Assembly (NCBI RefSeq): GCF_016433145.1
Contig: NC_058133.1
Location: 206,303,435-206,367,434, forward strand
DNA length: 64,000 nucleotides
Direction: 5' to 3'
DNA from: Gracilinanus agilis
Lineage: Eukaryota
The number at the start of each line of letters is the position of its first letter. Position 1 is the stretch's first letter. The notes under the pieces are model-generated. The model worked only from the letters and a program-made list of their open reading frames with translations. It was not told the DNA's origin and made no database searches. The position numbers and the translations under genes are program-made. Below, one piece after another: positions 1-12,819 of the stretch.

Positions 1-156
1 TGACTTATAGGTGGAAGATTGGTAAGGGTAGGCAATGGGGGTCAAGTGACTTGCCCAGGGTCACACAGCTGGGAAGTGTCTGAGGCCGGATTTGAACCTA
101 GGACCTCCCGTCTCTAGGCCTTGACTCTCACTCCACTGAGCTACCCAGCTGCCCCT
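1..156 (-). mobile_element. Young opossum CORE-SINE (SINE1_Mdo-like), truncated by the window start
   Basis: Reverse complement of gggggcagctgggtagctcagtggagtgaga... Confidence 0.85.
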
Positions 157-719
157 AGACTTCTTTTTAAAATAAATACCTCAGTTGTGTTAATCAATTC
201 TGTAATATTTTCAAGTTTCTTTGTCTAATTTCCAAGATTTCGTATTTATTTTGGGTTGCTAATTTGTTTTTAAGTTATAGGCTTAGATAACTGTTCTTTT
301 TCTATTTTGTTAATACAAGTTTTTAGAGACATATATTTCTAAACTAATGTTTCAGTGTGTCTATATATAAACAGGATATGCCAAAAAAAGTTTTAGTGAT
401 ATTTGAAGATTTAATATTGCTTAGACTTTAACAGAGCTAAGACTCCTGGGACTACTTGTATCATCTTCCCTCATTAGAATGTAAACTCCTTGAACTCAGA
501 AATTGTCTTGCTTGTTTGTATTTATATTCCCAGCTTAACAATGCCTGGTAAATAAGTGTTGAATAAATGTTCTTTCTCTCTCTCCTTTTCTTCCTCACTC
601 CTTTCCATCCCTAAGTAGATTTACTTTCTCTTTTTACTTCTCTGCCATTTGTTTTATTCATGCTGCTCTGAAATCAGTCTTTTCCCCTCTGGTGACATAA
701 TAGTTAGAATGTTACCCTT

Positions 720-910
720 GAAATTAAGACCTGGTTTAAATTTCACCTCAGATATTTACTATGTGACACTAGACAAGCTGTCACTTAATCTTTCTAAATC
801 TCGGTTTTCTCATTTGAAAAATGGAGATTATAGCATCTACCTCACAAGTATGCTGTGACAATCAAATAAGATGTCTGTAAAATGTTAGGCAAACGGCAAA
901 GCTAAACATG
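720..910 (+). mobile_element. MIR-like SINE remnant
   Basis: CORE-like ...tctcggttttctcatttgaaaaatggagattatagcatctacctcaca... Confidence 0.55.
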
Positions 911-1172
911 AACTGTTATCATTCACATCCTCAAAACTCCCTCTCCTTTCATTCATTTACCCAATCCCAAGCTTCTTGGATTTACTTTCAATGTTATTTC
1001 CTCTCACTTTCATCTTATTCATTTCTTTTCCAGCAAAAAAATGGAGTTAATCCTTCCATTCTTCTAGTTCAGTAATAATTTAGCAAAGGGGCATTATAAA
1101 TTATGTCTTCTTTCTACTCCTTTTTTTAATCCTTTCTAGAATTCTCTATAACCTATTTTCAGAGATGTTAAT

Positions 1173-1176
<4 letters not shown>

Positions 1177-1250
<74 letters not shown>
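1177..1250. repeat. (TC)37 microsatellite
   Basis: Perfect dinucleotide run at a SINE tail. Confidence 0.97.
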
Positions 1251-1252
<2 letters not shown>

Positions 1253-1659
1253 TTACCTTCTGTCTTAGAACCAATAAGGCAGAAAAGTGGTATGGGCTAG
1301 GTAATGGGGGTTAAGTGACTTGCCCAGGGTCACACAGCTAGGAAGTATCTTGAGGTCACATTTGAACCCAGGACCACCTGCCATCTCTGGGCCTGGCTCT
1401 CAATCCACTGAGCCACCCAGAGAAATTCTTTCATTCATTCATTCAAGACTCTTACCTTCTGTCTTGGAACCAATATTGTGTATTGTGAACCAATATTGTG
1501 TATTGGTTCCAAGGCAGAAGAGTGGTAAGGGCTAGGCAATGGGGGTTAAGTGACTTGTTCAGGGTCACAGAGCTGGGAAGTGTCTGAGGCCAGATTTGAA
1601 CCTAGGACCTCCTGTCTCTAGGCCTGGCTCTCAATCCACTGAGCTACCCAGCTGCCCCT
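1251..1659 (-). mobile_element. Two tandem SINE1_Mdo-like copies (about 1251-1420 and 1449-1659)
   Basis: Both reverse-oriented; flanked together by gatgttaattct at 1164-1175 and 1660-1671. Confidence 0.85.
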
Positions 1660-2377
1660 GATGTTAATTCTTAAAAGAGACATCAGTATCCACTTCATTT
1701 CCCCAATGACATTTATGTGTCATGTTGGGAGAAACAGATTTCTTGGAAGATCTAGACCTATTATGGAAAACCTATGGCACGCAGAGCCCTCTCTCTCTGG
1801 GCACATCTGCAGTAACCTGCCAGAGTTCATTACTAGAAAGCCAGAGGGACTCAGGGCAGAGGTGTTCCTCTTCCCTTCTCCATGAGCCTGAGGACATTCC
1901 TCATCCTCTCCTCTGCCTAGCAGCCCAGTGTGAGTGCTTCCTCCCTCTCCTCTCTGGGGTAAGGGGGTGGAGGGAAGGGCTCACATGCTTTGTGAGGATG
2001 CAGCATAGACTGCAGACTGCAGCCTGTAGCCTGTTGAGTCCGTGGTGAAAGTGATTCCCATGGTGGAGCTAGAGAAGAGTTAGGTTTGAGGGGAGCATAG
2101 CTCACAGTGTGGCACACAGCTGGAAGAAGTTAAGCACTTGGGATACTCTCTTGCCCTTCTCCATGCACCTCTCATTACCTGCCCCCCCTACCTAGCTGCC
2201 CAGTGGGAGTGCTTCCTTCCTCCCCTGGTGAATGATATGGTTTCTCACTACCTAAGGAACAGGAGTACTTCAGGGCAACTGCAAAGGAATTTACCCCAAT
2301 AGCCAGGTGTCTATAAAGATGAATTAGAAATGAAGGTTGTAGAAGCAGCTAAGTAGCACAGTAGAAAGATAGCCACC

Positions 2378-2632
2378 AACAACCACTTGAACACATGGAT
2401 TGATGCGGACATGGTTGGGGATGTAGACACTAAATGACCACACCAATGCAACTATCAATAATATGTAAATAAGTCTTGACTGATTACACATGTTAAAACC
2501 AGTGGAAATGCAAGTTGGATATGGAGGGGGGGGAATTAAAAGGGGGGTGAAGGTGAAAGTAAAAACATGAATCATGTAACCATGGAAATTTTTTTCTAAA
2601 ATAATTAAATATTTAAATCATTAAAAAAAAAA
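2378..2632 (+). mobile_element. 5'-truncated L1 3' end with poly(A), nested in a SINE (2341-2790)
   Basis: Shares its 3'-end sequence with the copies at 24700-25285 and 45881-46132; TSD atagccacc at 2369-2377 and 2633-2641. Confidence 0.75.
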
Positions 2633-2839
2633 ATAGCCACCAGACCTGGAGTTGGGAGAACCTGGGTTCAAATTTGACCTCAGATACTTCCTAGCTATAT
2701 GACCCAGGGCAAATTGGTTAACCCAGTTTGCCTAGTCCTATCTGCAATTCTGTCTTAGAACTGATACTAAGACAGAAAGTAAGGATTATTTTTTTAAAGG
2801 GGAAAAAAGAAGGAAGAGAAAGAAATGAAGACTGTAGCT

Positions 2840-3660
2840 AAGGAAGGCACATGACTTCCAATATCCCATCTCTAATTGCCTAATTTGATATTTTGAACTG
2901 GATGTTCCACAGACACCTTTAACACAACATGTTTAAAACTCAATTCATTATATTGCCCAAGACTTTCTCTGCTCTAATTTTCCTATGGTTGATCCTCACA
3001 CTCACAATTTTGGTGGCATCCTATATTTCTCAACTCTCATTCATGATCCTACTTCCCCCATCTCTGCTCCAATCAGTTGCAAAATCCTGTTGATTCTGCC
3101 TTTGAAATAACTCTTGTATATGCCTTTTTCTGACATTGTTGCTACCTTAGTTTAGGATTTTATCATCTTACCTCTCCATTACTACTATAGCAGGCTAATT
3201 CCTCCACTCTACAATCAAGTTGATATTCCTAAATAAAATATCTGCCACTCCAACCTCCCAACCCACCCCCTAATCTAATAAACTTAAGTGGCTCCTAATC
3301 TTCTCTAAAACAAAATATAAAACCCTATTTTAGCATTCAAAGTCTTCATAACTTGGCCCCTTCATTCCTTTGTAGTCTTATTACACTTTATTCCCTTCCA
3401 CCTACTCTTTGATTCAGTAACACTGGCCTCCTTACACTTTCTCATACATGACACTCCATCTTCAGAATCTAGAATTTTTCAATGGCTGTCCGTCCCATGA
3501 CTAAGTTACTCTCCTCTGGCCCTACCTGGCTTCCTTAAGTCTCAACTAAAATCCAGCTACAAGAAATTTCACCCAATCCTCCATTTAATAGTAGCACTTT
3601 TTCTTTGTTGATTATCTGCAACTTATAATTTCTATACCTCATTTGTACACAGTTGTATAA
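2840..3660 (+). mobile_element. L2 LINE 3' remnant
   Basis: Degenerate L2-like text; similar segments recur at 19690-19900, 23720-24110 and 26330-26900. Confidence 0.5.
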
Positions 3661-4725
3661 ACTTCTCTCAAAATTATTTGGGTTTAAAATTAGCCATGAC
3701 ATTTGAATCTTGGGTTGCTTGGATATATTTATTCCTCACACAACACCTCGGCAACACCTGTTACTCCAGCTCTCAAGCAATAACCACTACACTCAATAGC
3801 AATTCACACCACGTGACCAGGTAGGCAAAAGATAGGGAGAAAAGTAGGTCAAATGCATCAACAGGTTTGGATTATCTACTAAGCTCAAACAGCTTCTTCT
3901 CTGGGATAAAGTCACTAAGTAGAAGCAATGAGCAGAAACGTAAAACGCAAAGTGACCTTGAGAGATTTTCTAGGACACTCCTCCAAGTACTTTCGAAGTT
4001 AAATAATTCCCGAGAGGTAAGACCTTGTATACTCCCTTAACCACCTTGGGCCTCATTGTCTTGGTAAGCAAAACAACGGCATAGGTCTTCATCATTTACA
4101 TCTAAAGGTACAACGTTGGGGTTGGTCTAGATCACAGGATCGTAAATCTTGGGCTGGAATGAATCTCAAAAGCCATTTAGTACAACATCCTCTTTTTACA
4201 GATGAAGAAATTGGGGGCCACATAGGTGAAAGAAAGGAATAGTCCAAGGTCATATACAGGTAGTGTCAAGAGATGGGATTTGAACTCAGGTGTGCACTAC
4301 TATTCTCAGAACCAATGTCCTTTCTGGCTGTACCTAGCTCCTTCTTCTCAGGTCGCTTCCAGTTTTAAAGCTATGAACTGTGTTAAGTGCTTTCCCAAAC
4401 CCGTTATCATCCACTGAAGAGACTTAAGTGCACTTTGTCTTAATTTGTCCTCACGGGGCTTTGAGGAGGTGAAACATCCCCCTCTATGGAAATGGGGGCC
4501 GGAAGATCATAGAAGTCTCGGGGGTGGGGATGAAAGGATGCCTGTGCTGAAAGCTGTGGTCACCAAAAAAAGGGCGAGGAGGAAAGAAACGAAGGAGGAG
4601 GAAAAGTGGGGGGGGGGGGAGGAAGGAAGACCACCAATCTAGGCCCCGAGGCTTCCACCCCACATCCTTAGCCCAGGTCCAAGCGCACCAACGGTCAGTT
4701 GCTGCCCGCTCCCTCTCTTCCCTAC

Positions 4726-4990
4726 CTGCACTGAAAGCCAAAGGACAGGTTCGCCTGCCGACGTCGCTACAACCTAGTCCCGGTGACCTCGCCCGGCGTC
4801 TACTCCACAGTCGCGGGACCAGCCGCTACTCCCTCTGGAGCCCCCCAAGAGGTAGTGCGCGAAGGTAGGGCCCGGCACTCCGTCACTGCTTGCCGGCCGG
4901 GGCTCGCACGTACACACGCAATCAGCCGCGGCGGCGCGCTCCTTTTACGTACGTAGCGTAATTGCGTCTGCGCGCTCGCGGCGTGAGGTT
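4726..4990 (-). other. CCDC47: Probable non-coding first exon of CCDC47 (TSS approximate)
   Basis: Minus-strand donor CAG|GTAGG (plus cctacctg 4721-4728) inside the CpG island. Gene identity rests only on known mammalian CCDC47-DDX42 head-to-head synteny; no coding exon is in the window. Confidence 0.55.
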
Positions 4991-5539
4991 GTCGAGTTAC
5001 GGCCCTCGCCCAGGGCTCGAGGAGGGAGGGGCAAAGGGTAAAAATGTTCTCCTTCATCCCTCCCACCTCCCCCACCCCTCTACAGTGTGCAGTACCTTCT
5101 TCAAGCTTAATGGGACCACGTGGCCGTGCGCACGGGCTGGCAGGGAATGAGACTTTCGGACCTGGGCATACGTATTAACATGGGGTGGAAAGTTGTTGGG
5201 TTTTTTTTTCCTTAAGGGGCTATTAGGAATTTGGCCCTCTTTCCAGACTCAGGTCTACCTGCCCGATCTTCGGGGCTTACATGGAAATTCCGGGACTAAA
5301 ACTATCTCTCCCTCCACCCAGACACCTCCACCTCCTACCCCCACGTTTATAGATATAAAATAATGGCCAGAAGCACTTTTGAGCAACTCCAGCCCCAATC
5401 AGGATAACGAAGAGCAGGTGGAAGAAGGAAGACTCATACTTTTCTCTCCTCTTGCCTCGCTGAGGGAGCAGTAGCCTTAGGCTCCGCCCCTTTCCCGGCG
5501 TCCCCTTCATTGCGCATGTCACATTACGTACCACCTTCC

Positions 5540-5696
5540 CCCTCCCCCTCCCAGCAACCGGCTAAGCGGCGGCTGTGACTGAGGCGGTGCCTGTGACTGA
5601 AGGCGGAGAAGGACGAGCACCCACCAGGACGGGGGAACGGAGACCGAGCGCACGTAATCCGAAGCGGCGGGGCTCGTCTGTGGCTGTGGCTGCTCG
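5540..5696 (+). other. DDX42: Probable non-coding first exon of DDX42 (TSS approximate)
   Basis: GC-rich segment ending at donor CG|GTAGGC (5697) upstream of the first coding exon; a second donor CAG|GTGAGA lies at 6180. Confidence 0.55.
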
Positions 5697-8600
5697 GTAG
5701 GCCTCAGGACGAGGGGGAGGAGATCTGGGCGCCGGGGCAACAGCTCCCAGGGAACCAGGAGACTGCCGTGTGGCCTAGTGTGGGCCCGGGGACCTTGGCC
5801 TCCCTTAACAAAGAGTCGGGCCGAGTTTTCTTTATCGAGGCGAAGACTGAGAGAACTCCGAGGGCCCCGTTGGTTGGGCGGCCTGAGGGAGCGGGCCAGG
5901 CCCGGGAGTCGGGGGTGGTGGTGGTGGGGGTGGACAGAGAGAGGAGGGGGCGGGCTGAGCAAGGATCCCGCCCCTGGCGCTCGCCCCGCGATCTCGGCTT
6001 CTGCGTCGGCCCAGTTGGCGGCTCTCGCTAGGTGGGACGATCCTATTTAATCGACCCGCGCGGTAGGGAAGGGGAGAGAGGGTGGGCTTAGAGTCTTAAC
6101 TGGAGGACGGCGGGACCGTCAGCCACCCTGTCCTTCAGGGTGCCGGGCAGCAAGCAACCCGCTCCGAGCCGAGCCTCAGGTGAGAGAGATCGAGGTTCCA
6201 TGGAGCCCTGACACTGGCTACCGCTGTTGGTGGCCTACGTGGCTACGATTGTTTATTTTTATTCTCGAAAAACTTAAAAAAAAAAAAATCCTGCTGGGTC
6301 GTAAGACCTTTTAGAGATATATATATAGAACAATGTATATAGCCTACCTTAGGGGAATCCGTACTTTTGATGGAAGAGAGGATTAACAACTAATAAGTTA
6401 TAGGAAAATTGCTTGATAACACTAGTGTAGGATAGGCTATTATAACAACCCCGTTTGACACTGAGTATAGTATAAATTGCAAACCTATTTGTAACTGAAA
6501 TTTACTGCATACCGATTGTATGCAAGCACCCTCGGTTCAAACAAGATTAAAGTGTAATTTAGAAATATTAAGGAGACAAAAATACGACACAATATACACA
6601 ATGTTAATATGTGATTTTCTAAGTCAATCATTCGACCTACTAGGAACCTTATGTACAGATTAATGACCCACGTTTTTTGAGTTTTGATACTACAGGTTTA
6701 CACTAATGGAAAGGAAAATGGAATAATAGATTTATGCTCAAAACAGTACATAAAGTTGAAGTTATTGTTCACTTGTCATCTCAAGGCACTTAGGTGGTGC
6801 AGTGGTTAAAATGCTGGATTTGGAATCAGACCTAATTTCTTTCTTCTAGACATTTGGGGTTAAGTGACTTTCCCATGGCCACAAAGCTAGAAAGTGTCCA
6901 AGGCTACATTTTTGAATCCAAATCCTCTTGGTGGTCCATCTACTGTGATACCTAGCTGCCTCCAATTAAACCTAATTTCAAACCCAGCCTCAAAATCTGA
7001 CCCTGGGCAAGTTACTTTTCTAACTCAGTTTCCTCATCTGTTAAATGGGGATAATTATAGTGATCACCTTTCAGGGTTTTATTGTGAGAATAAGATTGAA
7101 GTAAAAAGTGCTTTGCAAACCTTAAAACTTAAAAATATAAATGCTAGCTATTTTATAGAAAGGTGTTTTGATTTCCCATGCTATGTACTGAAGAAAGAGT
7201 AAATCGAGTGCAAGATGTTCATGATGTTTATTATTTATTAGATTAGGCGATATAGTTATAAATAAGAACAAGAACTCAATGAGTAAAGTACCATGATTAT
7301 TGCCACACTTAAAACATTGTTCATAATTCATTGACTAGAGACAATAGAATAAAAACATTTATATGTATAGATTGATTCATTTACAAATATATTTAAGTGC
7401 TTACTATGTACAAAATATTAAATTTTAAAGGAAAGTCAAAGATAAATGAGAGATGATCCCCATCCTAAGGGAGGTTTCAGTCTATACTATTTCCCCCATC
7501 CCAATACAAACTTATTTTTAGTTTTGGTTATTCTAATCTCCCCATTATTTACATGCACACATGTCACTCTTAGTTTTGTCCCCTATGCAGAGTCAGTCCT
7601 CTCCATACTTCCATCCCTTTTGTCTTTCAAAATCTTTCCCTGTCCATTTCACCTTCAGTGAAAACTTAATCTTAAAACTTAAATCTTAGCTCAACTTGTC
7701 CATCAAATTTCTGTGGAGTTTAGTACCACTCAGTTAAAACATTTGATTTCTAATTGTTTCTTGAATTGTTTTTTCTTACTTTGTCCTTTAATTGTTTCTT
7801 GTCCTTAAGTCTGGTCTCTGTAACCAAGCTCTTCTAGGACAAAATTGTGGTTTATCCTTGTCTTCCCAAGAACTGGGCACAAAGAAGAAGAAATTTGTTG
7901 ACTGAAAGGTAGTGTGCTCAAATGCAAAATCTCTCTTTAGCAGGGGAAAGCAATTTTTAGAGTCTTATTTATATTTGTTTTGTCAGAGCTGATTTTTTTA
8001 AAAGTAAGATTTAGTATTCTTTGGTTTTGATAAAATTTCTAAAAGTGTATTCAAATTACATTCATAGTTTAAAAATTTGAAACAGATTCAGATTTGGACA
8101 ACATTTTCATGATATATATTTAGAAATAAGACATAGATATTTTTATTGAACTAACAGTACCCTTCCAGAATGAAAGTGTAAACAAAACCTTATTTTGTGA
8201 ATTTTCTTATTGTACTCTTTGATATTTTAGTGGTACAGGGAGCCATTTGAGTTACATGCTCATGGTGAAACTAAGGGCTTATTTTTGTTACACCTGTTTT
8301 TTTCTCACCTGAGAAAGGCTGTCAGGAGAAGGAAGTAAGATTTCAGGATTTATTTGATGCAAGATAACCAACGGGGTAGGGGGAATGTTCCTGGCATTTG
8401 GTACAACTAGTACAAAGACTTAAGAAGTAGGAGTATATAAGAGAAAGCTGACCAGAGGGAAGGAACTTTGAGCAATTCTATAAATAGTAGAAAGTTTTGA
8501 TTATCCATGACAGCTGCCCAATAGCCTTTCTTCCATTTGTTTTCCCCCAGTGTGTGCCAACCAATGTGTGCTTAGAGAACACAAAATTAATTTTAACATT

Positions 8601-10389
8601 AAGACAAAACATTCTTGAGAATGCAAATCTGGATTTTAAGCCAATAACTTTTCAGTTTTATAGCAGTTATTTTTAGTTTGTCTGCTGTTTATTATCTGTA
8701 TTAATATGAATATTTAAGAGTTAGCCAAAAAATACAAAAAAAGAAGCAGGACAGCCTTGAAAGTTACATGTTGATATACAGTGTATGTGTGTTTATAAAT
8801 GTATGTATATATTTAGAACAGTAAGCTATATATAAAAGATCCACAGCTTTTTGTACAGCTCTTTTTCTGTTCTCCAGCATTTGGAAATGCTTGTTTTACT
8901 TAGTCTTCATTAAATTCAGAATTAAATTTCATTTTTAAAAAGTGGGGGGAAATTGTGGTATTAGGGCAAAGGATTATTTGTGCACTTTGGATTAAGCTTA
9001 GTTTTATAAAACCACACAAGCTTCAAGTAATTGTTAATGAGATTTTGAAGAAAAGTATGATATGTGATCCATAGGTATGGGGATGACCTTCAGGTCTGGA
9101 AGCAGGAGACGGATGAGCAGAGTAATAACTTGATTAACCTGTGAAATACTGGGACATGGGGAATGGCCTAGGGCACAAAAGAAGTTTTTTGCAGGTTAAG
9201 AAGGTATAAAGCAACAGTTACTTGTTCAATGCCACATTGACAGCCAATGCCAGAATAAAAATTTGAAAACAAACAAAAAGACTTCTAAACTGCTGCTCTG
9301 CTTAGGTCTCTGGGAGGGCTGTGCTTTCCAACCCACTCATGCTTTGCTATTGTGTGAAATTTTCAAAATGAATGGCAATATTTGAATTGTACTATATTTT
9401 CTTGATAATACATTCACTTCTGTAGGCATGGATTTATTCATTTTGGCAGGCATATTATGTATGCCTAACCCCTCCTTTGAATACCTAATGACTTTCTTCT
9501 CACTTTAATCCTTCCCTTTGTGGGATATAGAGGAAAAAGACGCCAGTTTAAACTAAGCTAGTTATTTTTTCTTCACCAACCCTCTTAAATAGCAACTTTG
9601 TCAGTCATAAAAAAAAAAAAATCTATCACAAATATTTTCTCTAGCTTGAGGTTTTTTTTTATCAGTGTTTATAAGTGATAAACAATTGGGGATTCCTAAA
9701 GCAAGTAAAAAATAAGCCCAAAGCAAATATAACTATCTCTGCATTGATCTTAATTCAATTCAATAAGCATTTATTAAGAGCTTACTCCGCACCAGGTGAA
9801 GAACCAGCTGGGTAAACAAAAGACAAAAACTGTTAGTCCCTACCCTCAAGAAGCTTTACTTTATATTCTTCTGACTACTACTACTACTACTATCAGCTGA
9901 CTTCTGGAAGATTTTTCCAAACTAACTACTGTGCATGACTTTGGAACTATTCACTTTGGGTCTCAGTTTTCTTGATCTGTGGCAAGTAGGGGTTGGAGGA
10001 GAGGATCTTAAAAGACCTCTTCAGCATTCTGTAATTCTGAGTAGGTTTCATTTCAGTGCCTGTTTGGAATGTGATTGATTACCAAAGTTTCTGAGAGTGT
10101 TTTATAGAAAATAAATCCTGCTGATAAAGCTAGGTAAATACTCTTATTTGGTAAGAACAACCCTAGAAACAAGGCATGACCAAGCTAATGACTGGTATTT
10201 TTTGTGTAGCTGATAAACTAGATTCCTAGAAGGCAAATCTTGACAAATAAATGTTGAAGCAAATGACATTTGCTAAATATCAGTAAAGAACCATGCCATT
10301 TCCTCTTATGTTGCTTTCTTATCAAGAAAATAGTCAATAAATACTCGATGTGTGTATATAAATGTACATTTAATTTTAATTTTTTTTTT

Positions 10390-10570
10390 ATTTTAAACCC
10401 TTAACTTCTGTGTATTGACTTATAGGTGGAAGAGTGGTAAGGGTAAGCAATGGGGGTCAAGTGACTTGCCCAGGATCACACAGCTGGGAAGTGTCTGAGG
10501 CCAGATTTGAACCTAGGACTTCCCGTCTCTAGGCCTGGCTCTCAATCCACTGAGCTACCCAGCTGCCCCC
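10390..10570 (-). mobile_element. SINE1_Mdo-like with 16-bp TSD
   Basis: TSD tataaatgtacattta at 10357-10372 and 10571-10586. Confidence 0.9.
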
Positions 10571-10929
10571 TATAAATGTACATTTAGGATTTATCATGGA
10601 AGACTTTCTTGGGAAACTGAGTTTTGACATCTTAAAAAACGAGATAGACATAAATAGGAAGATTAAGTAAGGGTGGTAGTTGAGTTGAATTTTAGACAAA
10701 GAGAATGTTATCAATATGTTCCTTTTAATATAGTACCTTTGAGTCCTACAGGATGTTTATGCTCTCTAGTTTATAGGTAAGCAACTCAACTTTTTAGCTT
10801 CCATTGGTGGGAGTGGTTACAATTGGTATCTGGGGCGGGGTAAAGATATTTTAATGGTTAGAGTGTTGGATTCTGAGTAAAGTGGACCCTAACTAAGAGA
10901 TTTAACAAGAGATTGAGTAAGGGTAGTAT

Positions 10930-11392
10930 TGGTAAATAAAGCTGAGCATGTGGTTCCAAAAAGATGTAGTATGTTCAGAGACCACACTCAAGTAAAACCA
11001 TATCAGTAGGCTAAATCAGGTTGAGGGTAACTTATAGATCTCAGACCCATCAGTAAATTAGGAGGATGCCACCCCAACTATGTGAAGAGTTCCAGCAGAA
11101 TGAGCTGATGAGAACTGTTTGTTCCAACAGCCATGAAGATAGATAAAGTAGGTGCTATGGAGCACTTACAACTTGGTCAGACATGAAATGTGGCAAGGTC
11201 ATTCACTGCCTCCCAGACAATTGGCAGTTTTGACTTTTGTCTTGACATTGGATTTTGATGACTGTGGAAGTGGGGGAAGCGGAAGACTTTGCACAATTCT
11301 GCTTCACTTAAATCTAATTCATTCACAAGTTAAGACATCACCCTATGATGTCATGGGTCTTCTTCAAAAAAGGAAGGACAATAACAATAGCT
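10930..11392 (-). mobile_element. Old marsupial interspersed repeat, RTE-related (family not assigned)
   Basis: Recognised from recall of marsupial repeat text ending gaaggacaataacaa; not verified. Confidence 0.35.
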
Positions 11393-12193
11393 GACCCTGT
11401 TGATAAAATTTACAAGCTAGTGAATAGTCGTGGTTTTATATATATATTTAGATAAAATGTTTCAGTATTTAAAATCTAAGAATTTGTCATTGATATTCAA
11501 TTCACTGACATGGATGGCAGCCTCTTAACTTGATAGTGGTGGTGATGATAAACTAGCATTTATATAGCGACTTAAGATTAGCAAAGTCCTTAACAAATAT
11601 GATCTTATTTGATCCTCATAACAACCTGGAAGATAGGTGCTATTGTAAGGGGGAGGAAAGGGCTTTTGATTGGATATTAATATTCTAAATACCAATGACT
11701 AAAATTTTGTATGAAAGGGAAGTATCTTTCCCTGGTCTGAATTTGCCTTCACTCTCAGGGATAGGGGGAGGCAGGATGATATCTAGCCTTCAGTACTTGA
11801 TTAGGATGTGGCTCAGGGGAGATTGGCCTCTAACATGTGTCAGAATAGCCAGAATCTTGAACCCCAAACACTAGATTCAAGTCCTTAGTATTGGTGTAAA
11901 AAGTTTTTAGGAATTGAATCAATTCCTGGCAACCACTCATTTAAATATTTATCCTGTTGGATAAAAATCCTCTCCAGTCTTTAAAAGCCTAGCTCAAATG
12001 TAATGTCTTAGTTAAACCTTTAGCGCTTTGTTTGTACTTCTCATCGTATTTACCATAAATTTGTTCCCCCTTATTTTGATACTCCTACCCTGATAGAATA
12101 TAAGTTCCTTGAGGGATAGGCTTTTTCACAACTCTATACTTCCATGGTTTCTAAATTTGGTACATGCAAAAAAACAAACTATCCTGTTTTGTT

Positions 12194-12390
12194 TTAAACC
12201 CTAACCTTCCGTCTTAGAATCAATACTGGTTATTGGTTCTAAGGAAGAAGAGTGGTAAGGGCTAGGCAATGGGGGTTAAGTCACTTACCCAGGGTTACAC
12301 AGCTAGGAAGTGTCCGAGGTCAAATTTGAACCCAGGACCTCCTATCTCTGGGCCTGACTCTCAATCCACTGAACCACCCGGCTGCCTCCC
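12194..12390 (-). mobile_element. SINE1_Mdo-like
   Basis: Same family body in reverse orientation. Confidence 0.85.
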
Positions 12391-12819
12391 TGGGTAGTAC
12401 TGTAAGCAAATGTTAGAACTTCTATTTATATTCTTTAAAATAAATTAAACTTTACCCATGGATTGTCACTGGTGCTCTCAGTCAGTATATCATACAGTCA
12501 CATCATGGACAGTATATGAGGTATCTTGAGGGAAGGGAGGGTGAGCATTAACAAAGTTAAGAAAGTTGAGAGTGGTAACCTCACTCTTTCCTTCACTGTC
12601 ATTGTGTCACAAAATATTGCTGATTATCTGTGTCTAGTAAAGATGTGACAGATTCTGATCAAGTTTTACTAGGATCATAGTTATAACCCTGGAAGGCATC
12701 TCTAAAAAAGTCCCACTCCCCTGGACAAGACCACAATGCAACAAAAAGTATGTTCAGTAAATGGCCACTAAAACAAAGAGTAAAAAGTAATTAGAGATTA
12801 TAATTTAATCATTAAGAAC

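Larger units (their letters stand above)
4650..6250. promoter_or_regulatory. CpG-island bidirectional promoter CCDC47/DDX42
   Basis: High GC and CpG density against a CpG-poor background; E-box CCACGTGG 5116-5123; palindrome CCGTGCGCACGG 5124-5135; NRF1-like TGCGCATG about 5511. Confidence 0.8.

Noticed and set aside
5519-6050. 147-aa and about 90-aa ORFs in the first CpG island
   Set aside because: GC-rich sequence is poor in stop codons; the peptides are low-complexity with no recognisable domain.
6420-6695. Possible hAT MITE remnant
   Set aside because: Only a vague resemblance at one end; no matching TIR or TSD was found.
8314-8334. Possible 21-nt 5' UTR microexon ending in GAA|GTAAGA
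   Set aside because: The acceptor would be the rare GAG, and there is no other support.
11644-11940. Possible small LTR inserted in a MIR
   Set aside because: It starts with TG, but I could not define the 3' end or a TSD.
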